NCBI GenBank assembly: GCA_964016885.1
Contig: OZ024743.1
Location: 337,652,001-337,716,000 of the forward strand
Reading direction: 5' to 3'
DNA length: 64,000 nt
Source of the DNA: Eledone cirrhosa
Taxonomy: Eukaryota
Shown: piece after piece, positions 22,401-37,400 of the stretch
How positions within the stretch are numbered: the first letter of the stretch is position 1
Layout of the letters: every line of letters starts with the position of its first letter
Translations under genes and position numbers: made by a program
The notes under the pieces: model-generated
The model's database searches: none
What the model was told of the DNA's origin: nothing
What the model saw: only the letters and a program-made list of their open reading frames with translations

Positions 22401-25400
22401 TCTGTCTGGTTATTCTGTCTATTAAGTAGTTGAGGAGGTAGATGTAACAGTAATATACTCTGGCTGGTTATCCTGACCATGAAGTAGTTGAGGAGGTAGA
22501 TGTAACAGTAATATACTCTGGCTGGTTATTCTGTCTATTAAGTAGTTGAGGAGGTAGATGTAACAGTAATATACTCTGGCTGGTTATTCTGTCTATTAAG
22601 TAGTTGAGGAGCTAGATGTAACAGTAATATATTCTGGCTGGTTATTCTGTCTATTAAGTAGTTGAGGAGGTAGATGTAACAGTAATATACTCTGGCTGGT
22701 TATTCTGTCTATTAAGTAGTTGAGGAGGTAGATGTAACAGTAATATACTCTGGCTGGTTATTCTGTCTATTAAGTAGTTGAGGAGATAGATGTAACAGTA
22801 ATATACTCTGGCTGGTTATTCTGTCTATTAAGTAGTTGAGGAGGTAGATGAAACAGTAATATACTCTGGCTGGTTATTCTGTCCATGAAGTAGTTGAGGA
22901 GGTAGATGAAACAGTAATATACTCTGGCTGGTTATTCTGTCTATTAAGTAGTTGAGGAGGTAGATGTAACAGTAATATACTCTGGCTGGTTATTCTGTCT
23001 ATTAAGTAGTTGAGGAGGTAGATGTAACAGTAATATACTCTGGCTGGTTATTCTGTCTATTAAGTAGTTGAGGAGGTAGATGAAACAGTAATATACTCTG
23101 GCTGGTTATTCTGTCCATGAAGTAGTTGAGGAGGTAGATGTAACAGTAATATACTCTGGCTGGTTATTCTGTCTATTAAGTAGTTGAGGAGGTAGATGTA
23201 ACAGTAATATACTCTGGCTGGTTATTCTGTCTATTAAGTAGTTGAGGAGGTAGATGAAACAGTAATATACTCAGCCTGGTTATTCTGTCTATTAAGTAGT
23301 TGAGGAGGTAGATGAAACAGTAATATACTCTGGCTGGTTATTCTGTCCATGAAGTAGTTGAGGAGGTAGATGAAAGAGTTATATACTCTGGCTGGTTATT
23401 CAGTCTATTAAGTAGTTGAGGAGGTAGATGAAAGAGTAATATACACTGGCTGGTTATTCTGTCCATGAAGTAGTTGAGGAGGTAGATGTAACAGTAATAT
23501 ACTCTGGCTGGTTATTCTGTCTATTAAGTAGTTGAGGAGGTAGATGAAACAGTAGTATACTCTGGCTGGTTATTCTGTCTATTAAGTAGTTGAGGAGGTA
23601 GATGAAACAGTAATATACTCTGCCTGGTTATTGTGTCTATTAAGTAGTTGAGGAGGTAGATGAAACAGTAATATACTCTGCCTGGTTATTCTGTCTAATA
23701 AGTAGTTGAGGGGTAGATGAAACAGTAATATACTCTGCCTGGTTATTCTGTCTATTAAGTAGTTGAGGAGGTAGATGAAACAGTAATATACTCTGCCTGG
23801 TTATTCTGTCTATTAAGTAGTTGACGAGGTAGATGTAACAGTAATATACTCTGGCTGGTTATTCTGTCCATGAAGTAGTTGAGGAGGTAGATGAAACAGT
23901 AATATACTCTGGCTGGTTATTCTGTCTATTAAGTAGTTGAGGAGGTAGATGTAACAGTAATATACTCTGGCTGGTTATTCTGTCTATTAAGTAGTTGAGG
24001 AGCTAGATGTAACAGTAATATACTCTGGCTGGTTATTCTGTCTATTAAGTAGTTGAGGAGGTAGATGTAACAGTAATATACTCTGGCTGGTTATTCTGTC
24101 TATTAAGTAGTTGAGGAGGTAGATGAAACAGTAATATACTCTGGCTGGTTATTCTGTCTATTAAGTAGTTGCGGAGGTAGATGAAACAGTAATATACTCT
24201 GGCTGGTTATTCTGTCTATTAAGTAGTTGAGGAGGTAGATGAAACAGTAATATACTCTGGCTGGTTATTCTGTCTATTAAGTAGTTGAGGAGGTAGATGA
24301 AACAGTAATATACTCTGGCTGGTTATTCTGTCCATGAAGTAGTTGAGGAGGTAGATGAAACAGTAATATACTCTGGTTGGTTATTCTGTCCATGAAGTAG
24401 TTGAGGAGGTAGATGAAACAGTAATATACTCTGGCTGGTTATTCTGTCTATTAAGTACCTGAGGAGGTAGATGTAACAGTAATATACTCTGGCTGGTTAT
24501 TCTGTCTATTAAGTAGTTGAGGAGGTAGATGAAACAGTAATATACTCTGCCTGGTTTTTCTGTCCATGAAGTAGTTGAGGAGGTAGATGAAACATTAATA
24601 TACTCTGGCTGGTTATTCTGTCTATTAAGTAGTTGAGGAGGTAGATGAAACAGTAATATACTCTGCCTGGTTATTCTGTCCATGAAGTAGTTGAGGAAGT
24701 AAATGAAACAGTAATATACTCTTGCTGGTTATTCTGTCTATTAAGTAGTTGAGGAGGTAGATGTAACAGTCATATACTCTGGCTGGTTATTCTGTCCATG
24801 AAGTAGTTGAGGAGGTAGATGTAACAGTAATATACTCCGGCTGGTTATTCTGTCTATTAAGTAGTTGAGGAGGTAGATGTAACAGTAATATACTCTGGCT
24901 GGTTATTCTGTCTATTAAGTAGTTGAGGAGGTAGATGTAACAGTAATATACTCTGGCTGGTTATTCTGTCTATTAAGTAGTTGAGGAGGTAGATGAAACA
25001 GTAATATACTCTGGCTGGTTATTCTGTCCATGAAGTAGTTGAGAAGGTAGATGAAACAGTAATATACTCTGGCTGGTTATTCTGTCTATTAAGTAGTTGA
25101 GGAGGTAGATGAAACAGTAATATACTCTGGCTGGTTATTCTGTCTATTAAGTAGTTGAGGAGGTAGATGAAACAGTAATATACTCTGGCTGGTTATTCTG
25201 TCTATTAAGTAGTTGAGGAGGTAGATGAAACAGTAATATACTCTGGCTGGTTATTCTGTCTATTAAGTAGTGGAGGAGGTAGATGTAACAGTAATATACT
25301 CTGGCTGGTTATTCTGTCCATGAAGTAGTTGAGGAGGTAGATGAAACAGTAATATACTCTGGCTGGTTATTCTGTCTATTAAGTAGTTGAGGAGGTAGAT

Positions 25401-28400
25401 GTAACAGTAATATACTCTGCCTGGTTATTCTGTCTATTAAGTAGTTGAGGAGGTAGATGAAACAGTAATATACTCTGGCTGGTTATTCTGTCTATTAAGT
25501 AGTTGAGGAGGTAGATGTAACAGTAATATACTCTGGCTGGTTATTCTGTCTATTAAGTAGTTGAGGAGGTAGATGAAACAGTAATATACTCTGGCTGGTT
25601 ATTCTGTCTATTAAGTAGTTGAGGAGGTAGATGTAACAGTAATATACTCTGTCTGGTTATTCTGTCTATTAAGTAGTTGAGGAGGTAGATGTAACAGTAA
25701 TATACTCTGGCTGGTTATCCTGACCATGAAGTAGTTGAGGAGGTAGATGTAACAGTAATATACTCTGGCTGGTTATTCTGTCTATTAAGTAGTTGAGGAG
25801 GTAGATGTAACAGTAATATACTCTGGCTGGTTATTCTGTCTATTAAGTAGTTGAGGAGCTAGATGTAACAGTAATATATTCTGGCTGGTTATTCTGTCTA
25901 TTAAGTAGTTGAGGAGGTAGATGTAACAGTAATATACTCTGGCTGGTTATTCTGTCTATTAAGTAGTTGAGGAGGTAGATGTAACAGTAATATACTCTGG
26001 CTGGTTATTCTGTCTATTAAGTAGTTGAGGAGATAGATGTAACAGTAATATACTCTGGCTGGTTATTCTGTCTATTAAGTAGTTGAGGAGGTAGATGAAA
26101 CAGTAATATACTCTGGCTGGTTATTCTGTCCATGAAGTAGTTGAGGAGGTAGATGAAACAGTAATATACTCTGGCTGGTTATTCTGTCTATTAAGTAGTT
26201 GAGGAGGTAGATGTAACAGTAATATACTCTGGCTGGTTATTCTGTCTATTAAGTAGTTGAGGAGGTAGATGTAACAGTAATATACTCTGGCTGGTTATTC
26301 TGTCTATTAAGTAGTTGAGGAGGTAGATGAAACAGTAATATACTCTGGCTGGTTATTCTGTCCATGAAGTAGTTGAGGAGGTAGATGTAACAGTAATATA
26401 CTCTGGCTGGTTATTCTGTCTATTAAGTAGTTGAGGAGGTAGATGTAACAGTAATATACTCTGGCTGGTTATTCTGTCTATTAAGTAGTTGAGGAGGTAG
26501 ATGAAACAGTAATATACTCAGCCTGGTTATTCTGTCTATTAAGTAGTTGAGGAGGTAGATGAAACAGTAATATACTCTGGCTGGTTATTCTGTCCATGAA
26601 GTAGTTGAGGAGGTAGATGAAAGAGTTATATACTCTGGCTGGTTATTCAGTCTATTAAGTAGTTGAGGAGGTAGATGAAAGAGTAATATACACTGGCTGG
26701 TTATTCTGTCCATGAAGTAGTTGAGGAGGTAGATGTAACAGTAATATACTCTGGCTGGTTATTCTGTCTATTAAGTAGTTGAGGAGGTAGATGAAACAGT
26801 AGTATACTCTGGCTGGTTATTCTGTCTATTAAGTAGTTGAGGAGGTAGATGAAACAGTAATATACTCTGCCTGGTTATTGTGTCTATTAAGTAGTTGAGG
26901 AGGTAGATGAAACAGTAATATACTCTGCCTGGTTATTCTGTCTAATAAGTAGTTGAGGGGTAGATGAAACAGTAATATACTCTGCCTGGTTATTCTGTCT
27001 ATTAAGTAGTTGAGGAGGTAGATGAAACAGTAATATACTCTGCCTGGTTATTCTGTCTATTAAGTAGTTGACGAGGTAGATGTAACAGTAATATACTCTG
27101 GCTGGTTATTCTGTCCATGAAGTAGTTGAGGAGGTAGATGAAACAGTAATATACTCTGGCTGGTTATTCTGTCTATTAAGTAGTTGAGGAGGTAGATGAA
27201 ACAGTAATATACTCTGGCTGGTTATTCTGTCCATGAAGTAGTTGAGGAGGTAGATGAAACAGTAATATACTCTGGCTGGTTATTCTGTCTATTAAGTAGT
27301 TGAGGAGGTAGATGAAACAGTAATATACTCTGGCTGGTTATTCTGTCCATGAAGTAGTTGAGGAGGTAGATGAAACAGTAATATACTCTGCCTGGTTATT
27401 CTGTCTATTAAGTAGTTGAGGAGGTAGATGAAACAGTAATATACTCTGGCTGGTTATTCTGTCCATGAAGTAGTTGAGGAGGTAGATGTAACAGTAATAT
27501 ACTCTGGCTGGTTATTCTGTCCTTGAAGTAGTTGAGGAGGTAGATGAAACAGTAATATACTCTGGCTGGTTATTCTGTCTATTAAGTAGTTGAGGAGGTA
27601 GATGAAACAGTAATATACTCAGCCTGGTTATTCTGTCTATTAAGTAGTTGAGGAGGTAGATGAAACAGTAATATACTCTGGCTGGTTATTCTGTCCATGA
27701 AGTAGTTGAGGAGGTAGATGAAAGAGTTATATACTCTGGCTGGTTATTCAGTCTATTAAGTAGTTGAGGAGGTAGATGAAAGAGTAATATACACTGGCTG
27801 GTTATTCTGTCCATGAAGTAGTTGAGGAGGTAGATGTAACAGTAATATACTCTGGCTGGTTATTCTGTCTATTAAGTAGTTGAGGAGGTAGATGAAACAG
27901 TAGTATACTCTGGCTGGTTATTCTGTCTATTAAGTAGTTGAGGAGGTAGATGAAACAGTAATATACTCTGCCTGGTTATTGTGTCTATTAAGTAGTTGAG
28001 GAGGTAGATGAAACAGTAATATACTCTGCCTGGTTATTCTGTCTAATAAGTAGTTGAGGGGTAGATGAAACAGTAATATACTCTGCCTGGTTATTCTGTC
28101 TATTAAGTAGTTGAGGAGGTAGATGAAACAGTAATATACTCTGCCTGGTTATTCTGTCTATTAAGTAGTTGACGAGGTAGATGTAACAGTAATATACTCT
28201 GGCTGGTTATTCTGTCCATGAAGTAGTTGAGGAGGTAGATGAAACAGTAATATACTCTGGCTGGTTATTCTGTCTATTAAGTAGTTGAGGAGGTAGATGA
28301 AACAGTAATATACTCTGGCTGGTTATTCTGTCCATGAAGTAGTTGAGGAGGTAGATGAAACAGTAATATACTCTGGCTGGTTATTCTGTCTATTAAGTAG

Positions 28401-31400
28401 TTGAGGAGGTAGATGAAACAGTAATATACTCTGGCTGGTTATTCTGTCCATGAAGTAGTTGAGGAGGTAGATGAAACAGTAATATACTCTGCCTGGTTAT
28501 TCTGTCTATTAAGTAGTTGAGGAGGTAGATGAAACAGTAATATACTCTGGCTGGTTATTCTGTCCATGAAGTAGTTGAGGAGGTAGATGTAACAGTAATA
28601 TACTCTGGCTGGTTATTCTGTCCTTGAAGTAGTTGAGGAGGTAGATGAAACAGTAATATACTCTGGCTGGTTATTCTGTCTATTAAGTAGTTGAGGAGGT
28701 AGATGAAACAGTAATATAATCTGGCTGGTTATTCTGTCTATTAAGTAGTTAAGGAGGTAGATGTAACAGTAATATACTCTGCCTGGTTATTCTGTCCATG
28801 AAGTAGTTGAGGAGGTAGATGAAACATTAATATACTCTGGCTGGTTATTCTGTCTATTAAGTAGTTGAGGAGGTAGATGAAACAGTAATATACTCTGCCT
28901 GGTTATTCTGTCCATGAAGTAGTTGAGGAGGTAGATGAAACAGTAATATACTCTTGCTGGTTATTCTGTCTATTAAGTAGTTGAGGAGGTAGATGTAACA
29001 GTAATATACTCTGGCTGGTTATTCTGTCCATGAAGTAGTTGAGGAGGTAGATGTAACAGTAATATACTCCGGCTGGTTATTCTGTCTATTAAGTAGTTGA
29101 GGAGGTAGATGTAACAGTAATATACTCTGGCTGGTTATTCTGTCTATTAAGTAGTTGAGGAGGTAGATGTAACAGTAATATACTCTGGCTGGTTATTCTG
29201 TCTATTAAGTAGTTGAGGAGGTAGATGTAACAGTAATATACTCTGCCTGGTTATTCTGTCTATTAAGTAGTTGAGGAGGTAGATGAAACAGTAATATACT
29301 CTGGCTGGTTATTCTGTCCATGAAGTAGTTGACAAGGTAGATGAAACAGTAATATACTCTGGCTGGTTATTCTGTCTATTAAGTAGTTGAGGAGGTAGAT
29401 GAAACAGTAATATACTCTGGCTGGTTATTCTGTCTATTAAGTAGTTGAGGAGGTAGATGAAACAGTAATATACTCTGGCTGGTTATTCTGTCTATTAAGT
29501 AGTTGAGGAGGTAGATGAAACAGTAATATACTCTGGCTGGTTATTCTGTCTATTAAGTAGTGGAGGAGGTAGATGTAACAGTAATATACTCTGGCTGGTT
29601 ATTCTGTCCATGAAGTAGTTAAGGAGGTAGATGAAACAGTAATATACTCTGGCTGGTTATTCTGTCTATTAAGTAGTTGAGGAGGTAGATGTAACAGTAA
29701 TATACTCTGCCTGGTTATTCTGTCTATTAAGTAGTTGAGGAGGTAGATGAAACAGTAATATACTCTGGCTGGTTATTCTGTCTATTAAGTAGTTGAGGAG
29801 GTAGATGTAACAGTAATATACTCTGGCTGGTTATTCTGTCTATTAAGTAGTTGAGGAGGTAGATGAAACAGTAATATACTCTGGCTGGTTATTCTGTCTA
29901 TTAAGTAGTTGAGGAGGTAGATGTAACAGTAATATACTCTGTCTGGTTATTCTGTCTATTAAGTAGTTGAGGAGGTAGATGTAACAGCAATATACTCTGG
30001 CTGGTTATTCTGACCATGAAGTAGTTGAGGAGGTAGATGTAACAGTAATATACTCTGGCTGGTTATTCTGTCTATTAAGTAGTTGAGGAGGTAGATGTAA
30101 CAGTAATATACTCTGGCTGGTTATTCTGTCTATTAAGTAGTTGAGGAGCTAGATGTAACAGTAATATATTCTGGCTGGTTATTCTGTCTATTAAGTAGTT
30201 GAGGAGGTAGATGTAACAGTAATATACTCTGGCTGGTTATTCTGTCTATTAAGTAGTTGAGGAGGTAGATGTAACAGTAATATACTCTGGCTGGTTATTC
30301 TGTCTATTAAGTAGTTGAGGAGGTAGATGTAACAGTAATATACTCTGGCTGGTTATTCTGTCTATTAAGTAGTTGAGGAGGTAGATGAAACAGTAATATA
30401 CTCTGGCTGGTTATTCTGTCCATGAAGTAGTTGAGGAGGTAGATGAAACAGTAATATACTCTGGCTGGTTATTCTGTCCATGAAGTAGTTGAGGAGGTAG
30501 ATGTAACAGTAATATACTCTGGCTGGTTATTCTGTCTATTAAGTAGTTGAGGAGGTAGATGTAACAGTAATATACTCTGGCTGGTTATTCTGTCTATTAA
30601 GTAGTTGAGGAGGTAGATGAAACAGTAATATACTCAGCCTGGTTATTCTGTCTATTAAGTAGTTGAGGAGGTAGATGAAACAGTAATATACTCTGGCTGG
30701 TTATTCTGTCCATGAAGTAGTTGAGGAGGTAGATGAAAGAGTTATATACTCTGGCTGGTTATTCAGTCTATTAAGTAGTTGAGGAGGTAGATGAAAGAGT
30801 AATATACTCTGGCTGGTTATTCTGTCCATGAAGTAGTTGAGGAGGTAGATGTAACAGTAATATACTCTGGCTGGTTATTCTGTCTATTAAGTAGTTGAGG
30901 AGGTAGATGAAACAGTAGTATACTCTGGCTGGTTATTCTGTCTATTAAGTAGTTGAGGAGGTAGATGAAACAGTAATATACTCTGCCTGGTTATTGTGTC
31001 TATTAAGTAGTTGAGGAGGTAGATGAAACAGTAATATACTCTGCCTGGTTATTCTGTCTAATAAGTAGTTGAGGGGTAGATGAAACAGTAATATACTCTG
31101 CCTGGTTATTCTGTCTATTAAGTAGTTGAGGAGGTAGATGAAACAGTAATATACTCTGGCTGGTTATTCTGTTTATTAAGTAGTTGAGGAGGTAGATGAA
31201 ACAGTAATATACTCTGGCTGGTTATTCTGTCCATGAAGTAGTTGAGGAGGTAGATGAAACAGTAATATACTCTGGCTGGTTATTCTGTCTATTAAGTAGT
31301 TGAGGAGGTAGATGAAACAGTAATATACTCTGGCTGGTTATTCTGTCCATGAAGTAGTTGAGGAGGTAGATGAAACAGTAATATACTCTGCCTGGTTATT

Positions 31401-34400
31401 CTGTCTATTAAGTAGTTGAGGAGGTAGATGAAACAGTAATATACTCTGGCTGGTTATTCTGTCCATGAAGTAGTTGAGGAGGTAGATGTAACAGTAATAT
31501 ACTCTGGCTGGTTATTCTGTCCATGAAGTAGTTGAGGAGGTAGATGAAACAGTAATATACTCTGGCTGGTTATTCTGTCTATTAAGTAGTTGAGGAGGTA
31601 GATGAAACAGTAATATAATCTGGCTGGTTATTCTGTCTATTAAGTAGTTAAGGAGGTAGATGTAACAGTAATATACTCTGGCTGGTTATTCTGTCCATGA
31701 AGTAGTTGAGGAGGTAGATGTAACAGTAATATACTCTGGCTGGTTATTCTGTCTATTAAGTAGTTGAGGAGGTAGATGTAACAGTAATATACTCTGGCTG
31801 GTTATTCTGTCTATTAAGTAGTTGAGGAGCTAGATGTAACAGTAATATACTCTGGCTGGTTATTCTGTCTATTAAGTAGTTGAGGAGGTAGATGTAACAG
31901 TAATATACTCTGGCGGGTTATTCTGTCTATTAAGTAGTTGAGGAGGTAGATGAAACAGTAATATACTCTGGCTGGTTATTCTGTCTATTAAGTAGTTGGG
32001 GAGGTAGATGAAACAGTAATATACTCTGGCTGGTTATTCTGTCTATTAAGTAGTTGAGGAGGTAGATGAAACAGTAATATACTCTGGCTGGTTATTCTGT
32101 CTATTAAGTAGTTGAGGAGGTAGATGAAACAGTAATATACTCTGGCTGGTTATTCTGTCCATGAAGTAGTTGAGGAGGTAGATGAAACAGTAATATACTC
32201 TGGTTGGTTATTCTGTCCATGAAGTAGTTGAGGAGGTAGATGAAACAGTAATATACTCTGGCTGGTTATTCTGTCTATTAAGTACCTGAGGAGGTAGATG
32301 TAACAGTAATATACTCTGGCTGGTTATTCTGTCTATTAAGTAGTTGAGGAGGTAGATGAAACAGTAATATACTCTGCCTGGTTATTCTGTCCATGAAATA
32401 GTTGAGGAGGTAGATGAAACAGTAATATACTCTGGCTGGTTATTCTGTCTATTAAGTAGTTGAGGAGGTAGATGAAACAGTAATATACTCTGCCTGGTTA
32501 TTCTGTCCATGAAGTAGTTGAGGAGGTAGATGAAACAGTAATATACTCTTGCTGGTTATTCTGTCTATTAAGTAGTTGAGGAGGTAGATGAAACAGTAAT
32601 ATACTCTGGCTGGTTATTCTGTCTATTAAGTAGTTGAGGAGGTAGATGTAACAGTCATATACTCTGCCTGGTTATTCTGTCTATTAAGTAGTTGAGGAGG
32701 TAGATGAAACAGTAATATACTCTGGCTGGTTATTCTGTCTATTAAGTAGTTGAGGAGGTAGATGTAACAGTAATATACTCTGGCTGGTTATTCTGTCTAT
32801 TAAGTAGTTGAGGAGGTAGATGAAACAGTAATATACTCTGGCTGGTTATTCTGTCCATGAAGTAGTTGAGAAGGTAGATGAAACAGTAATATACTCTGGC
32901 TGGTTATTCTGTCTATTAAGTAGTTGAGGAGGTAGATGAAACAGTAATATACTCTGGCTGGTTATTCTGTCTATTAAGTAGTTGAGGAGGTAGATGAAAC
33001 AGTAATATACTCTGGCTGGTTATTCTGTCTATTAAGTAGTTGAGGAGGTAGATGAAACAGTAATATACTCTGGCTGGTTATTCTGTCTATTAAGTAGTGG
33101 AGGAGGTAGATGTAACAGTAATATACTCTGGCTGGTTATTCTGTCCATGAAGTAGTTGAGGAGGTAGATGAAACAGTAATATACTCTGGCTGGTTATTCT
33201 GTCTATTAAGTAGTTGAGGAGGTAGATGAAACAGTAATATACTCTGCCTGGTTATTCTGTCCATGAAGTAGTTGAGGAGGTAGATGAAACAGTAATATAC
33301 TCTTGCTGGTTATTCTGTCTATTAAGTAGTTGAGGAGGTAGATGAAACAGTAATATACTCTGGCTGGTTATTCTGTCTATTAAGTAGTTGAGGAGGTAGA
33401 TGTAACAGTCATATACTCTGCCTGGTTATTCTGTCTATTAAGTAGTTGAGGAGGTAGATGAAACAGTAATATACTCTGGCTGGTTATTCTGTCTATTAAG
33501 TAGTTGAGGAGGTAGATGTAACAGTAATATACTCTGGCTGGTTATTCTGTCTATTAAGTAGTTGAGGAGGTAGATGAAACAGTAATATACTCTGGCTGGT
33601 TATTCTGTCCATGAAGTAGTTGAGAAGGTAGATGAAACAGTAATATACTCTGGCTGGTTATTCTGTCTATTAAGTAGTTGAGGAGGTAGATGAAACAGTA
33701 ATATACTCTGGCTGGTTATTCTGTCTATTAAGTAGTTGAGGAGGTAGATGAAACAGTAATATACTCTGGCTGGTTATTCTGTCTATTAAGTAGTTGAGGA
33801 GGTAGATGAAACAGTAATATACTCTGGCTGGTTATTCTGTCTATTAAGTAGTGGAGGAGGTAGATGTAACAGTAATATACTCTGGCTGGTTATTCTGTCC
33901 ATGAAGTAGTTGAGGAGGTAGATGAAACAGTAATATACTCTGGCTGGTTATTCTGTCTATTAAGTAGTTGAGGAGGTAGATGTAACAGTAATATACTCTG
34001 GCTGCTTATTCTGTCTATTAAGTAGTTGAGGAGGTAGATGAAACAGTAATATACTCTGGCTAGTTATTCTGTCTATTAAGTAGTTGAGGAGGTAGATGTA
34101 ACAGTAATATACTCTGCCTGGTTATTCTGTCTATTAAGTAGTTGAGGAGGTAGATGAAACAGTAATATACTCTGGCTGGTTATTCTGTCTATTAAGTAGT
34201 TGAAGAGGTAGATGTAACAGTAATATACTCTGCCTGGTTATTCTGTCTATTAAGTAGTTGAGGAGGTAGATGTAACAGTAATATACTCTGGCTGGTTATT
34301 CTGTCTATTAAGTAGTTGAGGATGTAGATGAAACAGTAATATACTCTGCCTGGTTATTCTGTCTATTAAGTAGTTGAGGAGGTAGATGAAACAGTAATAT

Positions 34401-37400
34401 ACTCTGGCTGGTTATTCTGTCCATGAAGTAGTTGAGGAGGTAGATGAAACAGTAATATACTCTGGCTGGTTATTCTGTCTATTAAGTAGTTGAGGAGGTA
34501 GATGTAACAGTAATGTACTCTGGAAGGTTATTCTGTCTATTATGTAGTTGAGGAGGTAGATGTAACAGTAATATACTCTGCCTAGTTATTCTGTCTAATA
34601 AGTAGTTGAGGGGTAGATGAAACAGTAATATACTCTGCCTGGTTATTCTGTCTATTAAGTAGTTGAGGAGGTAGAGGAAACAGTAATATACTCTGCCTGG
34701 TTATTCTGTCTATTAAGTAGTTGAGGAGGTAGATGAAACAGTAATATACTCTGCCTGGTTATTCTGTCCATGAAGTAGTTGAGGAGGTAGATGAAACAGT
34801 AATATACTCTGCCTGGTTATTCTGTCTATTAAGTAGTTGAGGAGGTAGATGTAACAGTAATATACTCTGGCTGGTTATTCTGTCCATGAAGTAGTTGAGG
34901 AGGTAGATGAAACAGTAATATACTCTGGCTGGTTATTCTGTCTATTAAGTAGTTGGGGAGGTAGATGTAACAGTAATATAATCTGGCTGCTTATTCTGTC
35001 TATTAAGTAGTTGAGGAGGTAGATGAAACAGTAATATACTCTGGCTAGTTATTCTGTCTATTAAGTAGTTGAGGAGGTAGATGTAACAGTAATATACTCT
35101 GCCTGGTTATTCTGTCTATTAAGTAGTTGAGGAGGTAGATGAAACAGTAATATACTTTGGCTGGTTATTCCGTCTATTAAGTAGTTGAAGAGGTAGATGT
35201 AACAGTATTATACTCTGCCTGGTTATTCTGTCTATTAAGTAGTTGAGGAGGTAGATGAAACAGTAATATACTCTGGCTGGTTATTCTGTCCATAAAGTAG
35301 TTGAGGAGGTAGATATAACAGTAATATACTCTGGCTGGTTATTCTGTCTATTAAGTAGTTGAGGCGGTAGATGTAACAGTAATATACTCTGGCTGGTTAT
35401 TCTGTCTATTAAGTAGTTGAGGAGGTAGATGAAACAGTAATATACTCTGCCTGGTTATTCTGTCTATTAAGTAGTTGAGGAGGTAGATGAAACAGTAATA
35501 TACTCTGGCTGGTTATTCTGTCCATGAAGTAGTTGAGGAGGTAGATGAAACAGTAATATACTCTGGCTGGTTATTCTGTCTATTAAGTAGTTGAGGAGGT
35601 AGATGTAACAGTAATATACTCTGGGAGGTTATTCTGTCTATTAAGTAGTTGAGGAGGTAGATGAAACAGTAATATACTCTGGCTGGTTATTCTGTCTAAT
35701 AAGTAGTTGAGGGGTAGATGAAACAGTAATATACTCTGCCTGGTTATTCTCTCTATTTAGTAGTTGAGGAGGTAGAGGAAACAGTAATATACTCTGCCTG
35801 GTTATTCTGTCTATTAAGTAGTTGAGGAGGTAGATGTAACAGTAATATACTCTGGCTGGTTATTCTGTCCATGAAGTAGTTGAGGAGGTAGATGAAACAG
35901 TAATATACTCTGGCTGGTTATTCTGTCTATTAAGTAGTTGGGGAGGTAGATGAAACAGTAATATAATCTGGCTGGTTATTCTGTCCATGAAGTAGTTGAG
36001 GAGGTAGATGTAACAGTAGTATACTCTGGCTGGTTATTCTGTCTATTAAATAGTTGAGGAGGTAGATGAAACAGAAATATACTCTGCCTGGTTATTCTGT
36101 CTATTAAGTAGTTGAGGAGGTAGTTGAAACAGTAATATACTCTGCCTGGTTATTCTGTCTATTAAGTAGTTGAGGAGGTAGATGAAACAGTAATATACTC
36201 TGCCTGGTTATTCTGTCTATTAAGTAGTTGAGGAGGTAGATGAAACAGTAATATACTCTGCCTGGTTATTCTGTCTATTAAGTAGTTGAGGAGGTAGATG
36301 AAACAGTAATATACTCTGCCTGGTTATTCTGTCTATTAAGTAGTTGAGGAGGTAGATGAAACAGTAATATACTCTGGCTGGTTATTCTGTCCATGAAGTA
36401 CTTGAGGAGGTAGATGAAACAGTAATATACTCTGGCTGGTTATTCTCTCTATTAAGTAGTTGAGGAGGTAGATGAAACAGTAATATACTCTGGCTGGTTA
36501 TTCTGTCCATGAAGTAGTTGAGGAGGTAGATGAAACAGTAATATACACTTCCTGGTTATTCTGTCTAATAAGTAGTTGAGGAGGTAGATGAAACAGTAAT
36601 ATACTCTGGCTGGTTATTCTGTCTATTAAGTAGTTGAGGAGGTAGATGTAACAGTAATATACTCTGGCTGGTTATTCTGTCTATTAAGTAGTTGAGGAGG
36701 TAGATGAAACAGTAATATACTCTGACTGGTTACTCTGTCCATGAAGTAGTTGAGGAGGTAGATGAAACAGTAATATAATCTGGCTGGTTATTCTGTCTAT
36801 TAAGTAGTTGAGGAGGTAGATGTAACAGTAATATACTCTGGCTGGTTATTCTGTCTATTAAGTAGTTGAGGAGGTAGATGTAACAGTAATATACTCTGGC
36901 TGGTTATTCTGTCTATTAATTAGTTGAGGAGGTAGATGTAACAGTAATATACTCTGGCTGGTTATTCTGTCTATTAAGTAGTTGAGGAGGTAGATGTAAC
37001 AGTAATATACTCTGGCTGGTTATTCTGTCTATTAAGTAGTTTAGGAGGTAGATGAAACAGTAATATACTCTGGCTGGTTATTCTGTCTATTAAGTAGTTG
37101 AGGAGGTAGATGAAACAGTAATATACTCTGGCTGGTTATTCTGTCTATTAAGTAGTTGAGGAGCTAGATGTAACAGTAATATACTCTGGCTGGTTATTCT
37201 GTCTATTAAGTAGTTGAGGAGGTAGATGAAACAGTAATATACTCTGGCTGGTTATTCTGTCTATTAAGCAGTTGAGGAGATAGATGAAACATTAATATAC
37301 TCTGGCTGGTTATTCTGTCTATTAAGTAGTTGAGGAGCTAGATGTAACAGTTATATACTCTGGCTGGTTATTCTGTCTATTAAGTAGTTGAGGAGGTAGA

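Noticed and set aside
13338-24683. ORFs MDRITSQSILLFHLPPQLL... on the minus strand
   Set aside because: Chance stop-free readings of the 58-bp satellite, whose period is not a multiple of 3.
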